NCBI RefSeq assembly: GCF_001447785.1
Contig: NW_015171648.1
Location: forward strand, 1-64,000
Direction of reading: 5' to 3'
From: Gekko japonicus
Lineage: Eukaryota
DNA: 64,000 nt
Numbering within the stretch: the first letter of the stretch is position 1; each line of letters starts with the position of its first letter. A program made the position numbers and the translations under genes. The notes under the pieces were generated by a model. The model did not search any database. It was not told the DNA's origin and was given only the letters and a program-made list of their open reading frames with translations. This document shows positions 1 through 10,712 of the stretch, piece by piece.

Positions 1-1720
1 GAAATCTCCTAGCTGACATGTCTCACAATAGTCTTGTATGTAGAGTGTATGTAGACTTCAGAATGACCTGAAAGGCATCTCCTGTCTCAGTCAAATTTGG
101 CATTTGCACAGGCCCAGGAAAAAGCCTTATTAGCCTCATTAGCCAGTGAAGCTACCTCAATACATGCAGCAGAAATCGAGAGGGCAACTGCTTACGCCAG
201 TACCATCCACAGCAAGCAGGAAGAGAGCTCTCGGCATCTGGATCAGCAGAAAATAAGGAATGCATCCTCTTCAGCATATGCAGATAAACCATTCTGACTC
301 CTGTTCAGGCTGTGGGTGGTCACTCTGATGCACTGTCTACAGATTCAAGGATGTGGGATGCATAGTTTGTAGAAAGAAAGGTCACATGGAGGCTGTTTGT
401 CATTCAAATTCCACTATTATATAGCCAAGGAACTGCAGTGGGGATTGACATCCTGTGAACCTTGCCAGTCACTTAACTTATGAAGGAGCTTTTGGGGACA
501 AGCACCACCCATTTGGTATTTCTGTTCCTCCAGGAATCTACCAATTCTTAATGGACACCCAGTTTTCCAGAATTCTGGGTGTTGTACCATGTTGCAACAA
601 TATCTTATCCTAACAACAGAAGATGGACTTACTGAAAAAACTCCAGCAACTCTTGCACTCGTTCAATAAATTGGACATTTGAGCTAAAAAAAGAAATGTG
701 AAACTTGAACTGCTGGTGTTACTTTTTAAGGTTATTGCATTGATGCTTCTTGTATCTACCGCACCCAGGGCAAGATGCCAGCAATCCATAACGTGCTTAC
801 AGCTAGATCAAAGCAGGTGCTGCAAGACTTTTCCTTGGGCAACTCCTACCTTTCTGTCCTCCCCAACCTTTGGGGAGCTGCTCCACTAACTACTGGAAAA
901 GGAACTTCCTAGAGTTGGAGTCACCAGCATGAATTATTCTGATTATTATTTGTGATATAGACACTCTTGTTTCTGGCCGGGACTGCATTTATTTCACCTG
1001 AGCACAAGGAATCGGCAGGCAGGAACCTCATCCAGGTTGTCACAATTGCATCAGGCTATCCCCATGCCAGTTGCCAGGCTTAACACATGGAGCAGACAAT
1101 CAAGGAAGCCATAAAATGAATTATTCGAGGACTGAACAAAAAGACTTGCTGGGTTTCTTAGTGCCCAACATATCAGTCCTTGCTTGAGAAGCCCTGCTGA
1201 GCTGCTGAAGGGATGCCATTTAAAAACTAACCTCAGTGATATCAGCCCTGACTAAACGGAGAGCTTGCTAGATAAACAGGAATATACATTTAGTGCTGCT
1301 CTGTCTTTACTTGCTTTTTGTGTATTTAACTACATAACCAGAGTTTTGCCAGGAATGATGGACCTGGATCAATGAGGGTTCTTTCCACTATTGTTGAGGT
1401 CAAATACAAGATCCTGAGTGCTGATGGCCACATGTGGCAACACCATATTGATCAGCCGAGAAAAGCATTTGTCTCAGAATGATGTGACAGCAGCAGGTTC
1501 ATCTCACTTCAGTTTAGAGCAACAGGTACATCACACGAGGACTTGACAGAAAAACCCAGTGAACAGAGTTGTAATTCTTCCTTGCCCATAACAACTGCTG
1601 AAGTACAGCCAATGGGAATGTCTACTGTTGCCAAGGAAGTGAAAAGACAACACAGTGAGTGGGTATCCCCTTGTTGGGTGAAGGATTGTGTTCTGTGTTG
1701 TCTGTGGGGTGGGAGAGGGG
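1..1720 (+). mobile_element. Degenerate Gypsy-type LTR retrotransposon internal region
   Basis: Gag knuckle remnant CIVCRKKGHMEAVC (~358-400); integrase remnants (TLVS..TAF, EQTIKEA, SPAELL, WQHHIDQ); PCWVKDCV end motif followed by polypurine tract GGGGTGGGAGAGGGG. Confidence 0.7.
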
Positions 1721-1725
1721 TATCG

Positions 1726-2109
1726 CAGGGCTCTTTTTGTAGAAAAAACCCAGCAGGAACTCATTAGCATAATAGGCCACACCCAACACCAGAAACTCAT
1801 TAGCACCCCTGCCAGCACAGCTCATTAGCACATTAGGCCGCACCCCCATTTTACCAGAAGTGTGGTTATCCAGCCACACCCACCTTTTGCTTCTTATTCT
1901 GTTGACCTTGTTTGTTGTCAAAACCGAGGGCCTTTTTTGTAGCAGGAACTCCTTTGCATGTTAGGCCACACACCCCTAATGTAGCCAATTCTAATGAGTT
2001 TCTGCTGTTGGGTGTGGCCTATTATGCTAATGAGTTCCTGCTGGGCATGGCCAACTTGGGAGCCAGCCGGAACTCCGTTCCTGTGCGTTCCTGCCCAAAA
2101 ATAGCCCTG
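1726..2109. mobile_element. hAT-like MITE (family X), copy 1
   Basis: TIRs CAGGGCTCTTTTTG / CAAAAATAGCCCTG; internal repeats CTCATTAGCATA and GGCCACACCC; flanks GTATCG / GTATCATG. Confidence 0.8.
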
Positions 2110-2415
2110 GTATCATGTAAGAGGTGATTCAGAGCCACTGTTTTTGAGCTTATTGGATTCCTGCAGTTTGTGCTCCCAACTCTTAGTTACTGGGTGGAGT
2201 TAATTTTCTTATTGTGATGCTGCAGTACAGTTTGTTGTGTTTTAAGGACTTGCATGCTGATCCCACCACAATACTTTTTTTATCATTTGCTAGCATGCAT
2301 GAGAGAGGAACAGTACAAGAGCTGAGAGGTAGAAGAAAGTAAATTAGTGTATAGGAAATGTCCCCCCCCCCCCGGGACATATACCCCCCCGGGACATATA
2401 AGTAGTCACTACAAC

Positions 2416-2769
2416 CAGGGCTATTTTTGGGCAGGAACGCACAGGAATGGAGTTCTGGCTGGCTCCCGAGTTGGCCACACCCAGGAAGAACTCATTAGCA
2501 TAATAGGCCACACCCAACAGCAGAAACTCCTTGGGATTGGCTACATTAGGGGTGTGTGGCCTAACATGCAAAGAAGTTCCTGCTACAAAAAAAGGCCTTG
2601 GGTTTTGACAACAAAGTAAACAGAATAAGAAGCAAAAGGTGGGTGTGGCTGGATGACCACACTTCTGGTATCATGGGGTGTGGCCTAATATGCTAATGAG
2701 CTGTGCTGTTGGGTGTGGCCTATTATTCTAATGAGTTCCTGCTGGGCTTTTTCTACAAAAAGAGCTCTG
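2416..2769. mobile_element. hAT-like MITE (family X), copy 2, inverted relative to copy 1
   Basis: TIRs; perfect 8-bp TSD ACTACAAC (2408-2415, 2770-2777). Confidence 0.88.
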
Positions 2770-3105
2770 ACTACAACAATCCCCAGACTGATCTTAACCC
2801 CATCTGCAAGCTATGCAGCCAAATGACAAAGACCACTGTGCCTGACAGATCCTGAAACGAAAGGTCAAGAATGGCTTTGGCCACAGAGATGGGAGAAATA
2901 ATAAGTACCTACGTGGCTATAGCTCATCTTTGTGGCCAGATTTCCATAAATGAGCTCACCATTTTATGGGCGTTTTGTACTGGTAAAATGCAGCAGCCTG
3001 ACTAGGTGAACAGGGTAAATCTAGGCCTTTCCTATTAATTGTATTGTGCATTGGGCTTGCCATGCAATGAAATATATAGAAAGTTAATTATTTTTCCTTA
3101 CTCAG

Positions 3106-3120
3106 CCACATGGTGGCGGC
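3106..3120 (+). promoter_or_regulatory. CSE/CTCF-like promoter element of A1
   Basis: CCACATGGTGGCGGC, 261 bp upstream of ATG. Confidence 0.75.
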
Positions 3121-3366
3121 ATTGGCAAACACACTAGTTGGAATTGAGTTTTGTAGCAAAAAAACACGACTGGAAGCTGAGACAGACAGCTATAGCGACA
3201 GCAGAGGCAGCCCATTTTATCAGCAATAGAGAAGGAACATTCACCGGAATAAAAAACCCTGCAGAGCAAAACCCACTTCCTTAGCAGTGCAGATAGTCAC
3301 TGAATGAAAATCAGAAGATCTGCATTTTAACCAAGGGATTTATCTGACCTGGATGTGGCTGGCACC

Positions 3367-5790
3367 ATGGGTGATATCTTCAGGATGAGAAAAGGTCTGT
3401 ACCTTTTGTTCTTACTCTCTCTGTCTGGAGTGGTGTGTGTCTCAATTCGCTATTCTTTGCCTGAAGAGAAGAAAAGTGGGTCTCTGGTGGCTAATGTGCT
3501 GAAGGACTTGAAACTGGGACCAGGGGAGCTCTCTGCTCGCAGAGCCCAACTGGTTTCCAAAAGCCATAAGCAATATTTCCAGCTGGATAATCATTCTGGG
3601 AATCTTTTTATAAATGACAAAATAGACAGAGAAGCTTTGTGTGGCCAGACCGACCCCTGCTTGCTTCTTTCTAAAATTGCACTGGAAAAACCTTTAGAGG
3701 TCATCAGTATAGAAATGAACATAGAAGATGTGAACGATAACTCTCCTAAGTTTTCTAAAAATGAATTTAACCTAGAAATCCCTGAGAATGTTCCCACAAA
3801 TACTCGATTCCCCCTGGAATCTGCCCAAGATGCAGACTTGGGTGAAAACAGCATCCAGAACTATACACTCAGTCCCAATGAAAATTTTCACTTGGAAATA
3901 CAAAGTGGCAGGGGTGGAAAGAAGCATTTGGACCTTGTTCTAGAGAAACCACTAGACAGAGAGAAGGAGGCTCATGTCGGGCTGACCCTCACAGCAGTTG
4001 ATGGAGGGTTGCCCCAGAGAACAGGCACAGTTCAAATAAATATTAATGTTCTGGACAGTAATGACAACTTCCCTGAGTTTACACAATTTGAATATATAGT
4101 CGGTTTAAAGGAAAATAGCCCTCGAGATACTCTGGTACTGAAAGTGGAAGCCAGAGATTTGGATTTTGGTTCAAATGCACAGATCACCTTCTCCTTCCAT
4201 CAGGTGCCTGAGGAAATAAGCCAGTTGTTCTACTTGCATCAAACTACTGGGGAAATCACAGTTTTGGGTCCAATTGACTATGAAGAAGAAACCAGCTATT
4301 ATATGAATGTCAAAGCAACAGATGGAGGGGGTCTTTCAGGCCACTGTAAGGTCCTGGTGGAAATCGAGGATGAGAATGACAATGCCCCAGAAGTCTCTCT
4401 CATATCTATCTCCAGCACTGTGCAAGAGGATTCTCCCCTGGACACAGTGGTGGCGCTTTTCAGTGTCACAGATCAAGACTCTGGGGAGAACAGCAGAACT
4501 TCATGTTCCATAGACACAAACCTTCCCTTCATGTTAAAAGCCACTGGGAGTAACAACTACCAGCTTGTGATCCAAAGTCCCTTGGACAGAGAGAAAGTCC
4601 CTGAGTATAACGTCACCATCACAGCTACTGATCGGGGCTCTCCCAGGCGCGCTTCAAGAAGAACAATTACGGTTTTGATCTCAGACATCAATGACAACTC
4701 TCCAGTGTTTGAGAAGTCCAAGTATGAAATGCAAGTGTGGGAAAACAACATTCCAGGCCTTCTGATGGGTTTGGTCCGTGCTGTCGATCTGGACGTGGAG
4801 CAGAATGCCAAGGTGACCTATTCCCTTGTGCCTGGAAATGCTACTGGTGCTCCTGCGGCCTCTTATGTTTCCATCAACTCTGAGACGGGGAATCTGTATG
4901 TCCTGCGATCTCTGGATTATGAGCAGATCAAGGAATTCCAAGTGAGAGTGAGGGCTTCAGATGGGGGGTCTCCTCCACTGAGCTCGGAAGCTGTTGTTCG
5001 AGTTGTGATCCTGGATGAAAACGATAATGCCCCCTTCTTCCTCCACCCTCTTCAGAACAGCACATCCCCCTGCAACGAGCTGGTTCCCAAGTCAGTGGAG
5101 GCCGGTTACCTCGTCGCCAAGGTGGTGGCTGTGGATGGGGATTCGGGCCAGAACTCTTGGCTTTCCTATGAACTGCTGAAGGCCACGGACCCCGGCCTTT
5201 TCAGCATAGGAGCCCAGAACGGAGAAGTCAAAACCAGGAGACCACTGACGGAGCGAGATACAAACAAGCAGAGACTGATTATCCTGGTGAGAGACAACGG
5301 CCACCCTCCCCAGACCAGCACTGCAACATTAAATATTCTTCTCATGGATGGCTTTTCAGATCCTTATCTGAATATTGCAAGCGTCAGTCACGAAGCCGGT
5401 GAAGAAGATGGCTCCTTGACCATGTACCTGGTGATCTGCTTGGCTGCGGTGTCCTTTGTGTTCCTGATTTGCATCATTGTGTTTGTTGTCATCAAAATGT
5501 ACAAGAAAGACTCCAGTTTTATCACCGCCCTTCCTCAGTTCCCACCTGCCTTACCTGAGATCCCAGAAACTGGTGTCAATTCTCAGAGTGGATCACTTTC
5601 CCGGACCTACCAATACGATGTTTGCCTAACTGGTGGATCCTTAAGCAGCGATTTCAGATACCTTAGGCCTCTCATTCCTGTTTTTTCTATGGGGGACCCA
5701 AGTGCCTTTGAGAATCACAGATTTTCTTCGTTCTCTCAAGAGACTCCTGAGCAGGTGGAGAGAGGAAAACCAAGTGAACAGGTAAGTTAG
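3367..5790 (+). CDS. PCDHB: Clustered protocadherin beta-like large exon, subfamily A copy 1 (A1)
   Basis: ATG in GGCACCATGG; signal peptide; six cadherin repeats (PE, DRE/DYE, DxNDNxP); beta-type EC6 PLQNSTSPCNELVP..GYLVAKVVAVDGDSGQNSWLSYELLKAT; TM; [11 protein letters not shown]; donor CAG|GTAAGT after 5781. Symbol is family-level only. Confidence 0.95.
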   Translation: MGDIFRMRKGLYLLFLLSLSGVVCVSIRYSLPEEKKSGSLVANVLKDLKLGPGELSARRAQLVSKSHKQYFQLDNHSGNLFINDKIDREALCGQTDPCLLLSKIALEKPLEVISIEMNIEDVNDNSPKFSKNEFNLEIPENVPTNTRFPLESAQDADLGENSIQNYTLSPNENFHLEIQSGRGGKKHLDLVLEKPLDREKEAHVGLTLTAVDGGLPQRTGTVQININVLDSNDNFPEFTQFEYIVGLKENSPRDTLVLKVEARDLDFGSNAQITFSFHQVPEEISQLFYLHQTTGEITVLGPIDYEEETSYYMNVKATDGGGLSGHCKVLVEIEDENDNAPEVSLISISSTVQEDSPLDTVVALFSVTDQDSGENSRTSCSIDTNLPFMLKATGSNNYQLVIQSPLDREKVPEYNVTITATDRGSPRRASRRTITVLISDINDNSPVFEKSKYEMQVWENNIPGLLMGLVRAVDLDVEQNAKVTYSLVPGNATGAPAASYVSINSETGNLYVLRSLDYEQIKEFQVRVRASDGGSPPLSSEAVVRVVILDENDNAPFFLHPLQNSTSPCNELVPKSVEAGYLVAKVVAVDGDSGQNSWLSYELLKATDPGLFSIGAQNGEVKTRRPLTERDTNKQRLIILVRDNGHPPQTSTATLNILLMDGFSDPYLNIASVSHEAGEEDGSLTMYLVICLAAVSFVFLICIIVFVVIKMYKKDSSFITALPQFPPALPEIPETGVNSQSGSLSRTYQYDVCLTGGSLSSDFRYLRPLIPVFSMGDPSAFENHRFSSFSQETPEQVERGKPSEQVS

Positions 5791-6501
5791 CCCTTCTTAA
5801 TTACTCTGTATCCTATTGAAATCTCATCAGTGATGTAATATAATGCTTTTTGCTATTGTTGTTGAATTATTTCCCACCCTTTCCCCCCTGTATGTTGCTC
5901 CTTGAATTGTTGCTAAATAGCTGCAGTTATTGAAATCAATGTGTGAAATTCTACCCACTCCTCCATTTACCTTTTCGCTTTTTTCCCTAGCTCCTTTCCC
6001 TGTAAGGCTTTCACTTGCTGCACCTGATACTCATGTAAGGTTTTTCTCTGAGATCACCATCACTCTTTATGTGGCTTATCCTTCTCCAGTCTCTCTGTCC
6101 ACTGTTTTCTTTCCCATGAACAAAAAGGAGTGAAGTTGCTCTGGTAGCATTAAATATAAGGATAAGGAAGTGATTACAACAGAACTGGAGGAGGGACTGA
6201 GAGCTACTTTGAATGGTTTGGAGAATGAGTGACCCTCTACTGACCCCTGATGTGGAACACATTGCCGAAATCTGGTCTTGAAGTTACCAAGGGATGCGTA
6301 TCCAGGACCTTACAATATCATTCACCTAGAGTCTGTATCTTTGATAGGTCTTTGGTAGAAACTATTGAGCATTTCTTCTTTTTCCGTGTAATCTATTTGG
6401 AACTGAGAAAAAAAAATCTGGATCCTCATCTGAATAAGAAGCCAGTTCTAACTATTATTTAATGGCTCTGTTAGCCGACCTGGATTTTGATATAACATTA
6501 G

Positions 6502-6841
6502 GTAAAGGTTTCCCTTGCTTGAAAGCCAGTCGAATCCGACTCTAGGGATGTGGTTCTCATCTCTGTTTCCAAGCCGAAGAGCCAGCGCTGCCCAAAGACG
6601 TTTCCGTGGTCATGTGGCCGGCATGACTAGACGCCAAGGCGCATGGAATGCTGTCACCTTCCCACCGAAGTGGTACTGATTTATCTACTTGCAATTTCTT
6701 GCTTTCAAACTGCTAGGTTGGCGGGAGCGGGGACCAGAGACGGGAGCTCACTCCATCTTGCGGCACTCGGGTCTCGCTGCTGAACTACCGACCTTCCAGC
6801 CTGCAGTTCAGTGTCTCAACCACTTGAGGCACTGCAGCCCC
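6502..6841 (-). mobile_element. Sauria SINE, full length
   Basis: (AAAGGT)n tail at left; GTGGTCATGTGGCCGGCATGACT core; 13-bp TSD GATATAACATTAG. Confidence 0.9.
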
Positions 6842-7458
6842 GATATAACATTAGATGTGTGTAAATATATAGTTGCTGCAATTAAATGTTGTTTGCTTTT
6901 AATTAATAATGAACAGCAATAACTTTTTGTTATACTGCTTGCTTTTTCTGGTCGAATAGCCTGTTGGCTTGAAGACCTAGATGGGATTCACTCACCAGCC
7001 TTCCAGTGCCAAGTACTTCTCTTTAGCATGGTGTCCAGCAGCACACAGTTCTAGGGGTGCCAGGCAATGCCTGACAACCAGTGAGAGCTTAGGACAGGGG
7101 TGTCAAACCTACGGCCATGGGCCAGAACCAGCCTGTCCAGGGCTCTTATCCGGCCCATGAGCAACTGGTCATTACCTTTATTGCCAGATGACAGAGACTG
7201 TGCATTATGTTCCTGTATACTGTCCCACTGCTAATGAGAAATGGGTGGTGGAAGTGGGAGGGTGGGCATTAGGGAGATGTCAGATCTGGCCCTTGTGACA
7301 AATGGGTTTGACACTTCTGGTTCAGGAGGGGGGGCATGGGGGAAGCATGAGATCCTGTGCTCACTGTGTCACTTTGGTGGAAAACCATAGAGTTTCTGGT
7401 GATCCCTAAAGGTACTAAATGCCACTTCTGGGTTTTCACCAGAAGTGACATAGTGGTA

Positions 7459-7813
7459 AAAGGTAAAGGTAAAGGTTCCCTTGCTCGAAAGCCAGTCGAG
7501 TCCGACTCTAGGGTTGCGGTGCTCATCTCCGTCTCAAAGCCGAAGAGCCAGCGCTGTCCGAAGACGTTTCCGTGGTCATGTGGCCGGCATGACTAAACAC
7601 CAAGGCGCATGGAACGCTGTGACCTTCCCACCGAAGGGGTACCTATTTATCTACTTGCAATTTCTTGCTTTCAAACTGCTAGATTGGCAGGAGCTGGAAC
7701 TAGAGACGGGAGCTCGCTCCGTCATGCGGCACCCGGGTCTCGAACCGCTGAACTACCGACCTTCCACAGCCTGCAGTTCAGCGTCTTAACCTCTTGAGCC
7801 ACCGCAGCTCCTC
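7459..7813 (-). mobile_element. Sauria SINE, full length
   Basis: (AAAGGT)n tail, same core; 12-bp TSD GACATAGYGGTA. Confidence 0.9.
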
Positions 7814-8206
7814 GACATAGCGGTACACTGACTTAAACCTTTTCCCCCCCTCCTGCCAGTGCTTTATAGTGGTTTCAGGCAATGACAGCTGCAGGCAGGG
7901 AGGCCTCCAGCCACAACCGGGCCCCATCCATGGAATTCTCAGCAATTTGAGGAGAAGACACAACAGAAGTACCTTGGAATGTTTCCCAGAGACTCCTACA
8001 TTCTCCAAAGCCTATGCAAAAGGAAAATAACTCCACCGGTTTCCTGACCCTTCTGTAGATGGTAGAAAAATTAGAGGTGGGGAGCGGGGTTGATGATGGC
8101 CATGAATGCAGTAGCCATGGCGTCGGTGTTTCCTTATCCCTTGCAGCCACTTGTGCATCTACACGGTAGGTGAAATAGATCCTTCCCCCAAAGATCATGG
8201 AAGTGT

Positions 8207-8540
8207 GTCTTCACCCAAAGAGTAATTAACACATGGGATTCAGTCCCACGGGAAGTGGCAGTGGCTACAAGCATGGATGGCTTCAAGAGGGAATTGGATA
8301 AGCATACGGAGCAGAGGTGCATCTGTGGCTATTAGCCACAAGGTATAGATGGAACACTCTGTCTGGGGCAGTGAAGCTGTGTATTCTTGGTGCTCGAGGG
8401 GCAGCAGTGGGAGGGTTTCTGGAGGTCTGGACCCACTGGTGGACCTCCTGATGGCACCTGGGTTTTGGCCACTGTTTGGCCACTGTTGGATTGGATGGGC
8501 CACTGGCCTGATCCAACATGGCTTCTCCTATGTTCTTATG
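8207..8540 (+). mobile_element. CR1 LINE 3' fragment
   Basis: FTQRVINTWDSVPREVAVATSMDGFKRELDKH; TATGTTCTTATG tail. Confidence 0.85.
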
Positions 8541-9204
8541 ATGATTGGGACAGATAATTCCCTAGTGAGGTAGCAGGGACTATGACTCCCAAAAGTCAGT
8601 GCAAAAAATGCATGGATGAGATAATGCTAACATAGACTTAAACAAACATAAAACACTAATACTTTAAAAAAACCCAAGAAAATCATCACACACAGTGAAA
8701 GTCCTCATGAAGGGATGTTACCTCATGACATTTCTGAAAACACTTAGTCGTTAGCCCATCAAGTTCAGGGAATTTGTATTTTTCAGATTTTAGGTAGCTC
8801 TATTTACTTCTTTGATTGTGAAGGTGTGATTTAGAGTAGTTCTAGCATCATCTAATAAAAGTTTTATTTTACTTTTTTGCAAAACTTCCTTTATGCTAGA
8901 CAAAACATAAGAGGTTCATAAATGGACAACCAATTGCTCAGGTAAAGCAATTTAGGTATCTGGGGGTCATCTTTCAGCCCATCTGACTAGCGCTGATTCA
9001 CTAGAATCTAGAAAAGCTAGATTCACTAGTAATGCAATTCTTCTTCTTCACCCAAGGTGGCAATTACATACCAGGTGCTAGTAAGGTCTTAAATTCTAAG
9101 GTAGTATCTCAAGTATACTTTTTAGAAACTGAACTTTATCATATCACAAATTCTGGGGTATGTATTTATTGCACTAGGAAATAAACGTTTATTTTGATAA
9201 AGGT

Positions 9205-10188
9205 TAACAAGGATAAGTGTCAAGTTCTAACAAAAATGAGGAATACACATACTGGATGGGGGATACACTTCTGAGTAGCAGTGTGTGTGAACTAGATCTT
9301 GGGGTATGGGTGGACTGTAAGTTAAATATGAGCAGCCAGTGTGATGCAGTAACAAAACAGGCTAACGCAATCTTGGGGTGTATCAAGAGAGGCGTAACAT
9401 CCAAATCGCAAGATGTGATAGTCCCGCTGTATACTGCATTGGTACTGTGTGCAGTTCTGGAGGCCTCACTTCAAAAAGGATGTAGACAGAATGGAGCGGG
9501 TGCAGAGGAAAGCGATGAGAATGATTGGGGGTCTGGAGGCCAAGCCCTATGAGGAAAGGCTGAGGGATTTGGAACGGTTTAGTCTGGAGAAGAGGAGGTT
9601 GGGGGGGACATGATTCTCTATTTGAAGGGCTGTCACTTAAAGAAGGGCAGGGAGCTTTTGGCAGCAGAGGATAGGACTCATGATAATGGGTTTAAAATAA
9701 GGGCTATTAGGATATTGGGAAAAAACTTTTTCGCAGTAAGAGTTGTGTAACAGTGGAATCAGCTGCCTAGGGAGGTGGTGAGCTCCCCCTCACTGGTAGT
9801 CTTTAAGCAGCAGCTGGTCAAAGAAGAAGAAGAAGAAGAGATTGGATTTATACCCCGCCCTTCACTTGGAGTCTCAGAGTGGCTTACAAACTCCTTTCCC
9901 TTCCCCTCCCCACAACAGACACCCTGTGAGATGGGTGGGGCTGAGAGAACTCTGACACAAACGGCTCTTTTTCAAGGACAGCTGTGCCAGAGCTTGTGAC
10001 TGACCCAAGGTCACATCAGCAGGTGCAAGTGGAGGAGTGAGGAATCAAACCCGGTTCTCCCAGATTAGAGTCTGCACACTTAACGACTACACCAAACACG
10101 CTTTGGGGATGCTCTAGGTTGATCCTGCATTGAGCAGCAGGCTGGACTAGATGGCCTGTATGGCCCCTTCCAACTCTATGATTCTATG
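9205..10188 (+). mobile_element. CR1 LINE 3' fragment interrupted by a SINE
   Basis: [42 protein letters not shown]; tail CCCTTCCAACTCTATGATTCTATG. Confidence 0.88.
9820..10097 (-). mobile_element. tRNA-derived SINE (Squam3-like); related copies ~16785-17290(+), 37256-37497(-), 45820-46040(+), 57160-57375(-)
   Basis: A/B boxes on the minus strand (TGGTGTAGTCG, GGTTTGATTCC); (CTT)n tail. Confidence 0.75.
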
Positions 10189-10432
10189 GTTCGATGAATC
10201 TGCAGTTGAACAGAGATGTCCCATTTTAAGGTTCAAGTGTCTTGAATCAGTTGTCCATTCCCAGGGAAAGTAAACCAAAAACTTGGGGTGGGTGGGGGAC
10301 ATGACTAAGGGAGCTCCAAGGACCTATAAGAGCCACGTTACTGAAGTGTAAGTTCAATGCAAGCTCTCCTTACCCAAGATAGTTCATGTTCAGTCATAAG
10401 AGGCAATTTAGAGGAGTCATATTATTGTTCAA

Positions 10433-10457
10433 ACACAAGGTGGTGCAATTGCACCAC
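10433..10457 (+). promoter_or_regulatory. CSE/CTCF-like element of B1 overlapping an 18-bp palindrome
   Basis: ACACAAGGTGGTGCAATTGCACCAC, 280 bp upstream of ATG. Confidence 0.7.
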
Positions 10458-10712
10458 ACAAAGCGCATTTTCGGGGAATATCGGCTCTCTCACAAAACTG
10501 CCTTCACGTAGAAGGGATCTCAAAGAGAAAACAGCCTTCATTGCAGGCAAAGAGTCTGAAATTTCAGGAGAAAACAGCCACTACTCTCTAACCGAAAGCA
10601 AGGACAGAAAAAGGAAAACATTGCCTCAGGAACCACACGACAATCACTTCCAGCAGCTGCTTTACAAAGAAATATCCTGTGCATTGGATGTGCCTGGAAG
10701 GAGGCTGAGACG

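Noticed and set aside
1740-2760. Short repeats with variable spacers that look CRISPR-like
   Set aside because: Vertebrate DNA; the repeats are internal to a TIR/TSD-bounded MITE and occur in both orientations.
10030-10097. tRNA-like A/B boxes
   Set aside because: They are SINE heads, not tRNA genes.
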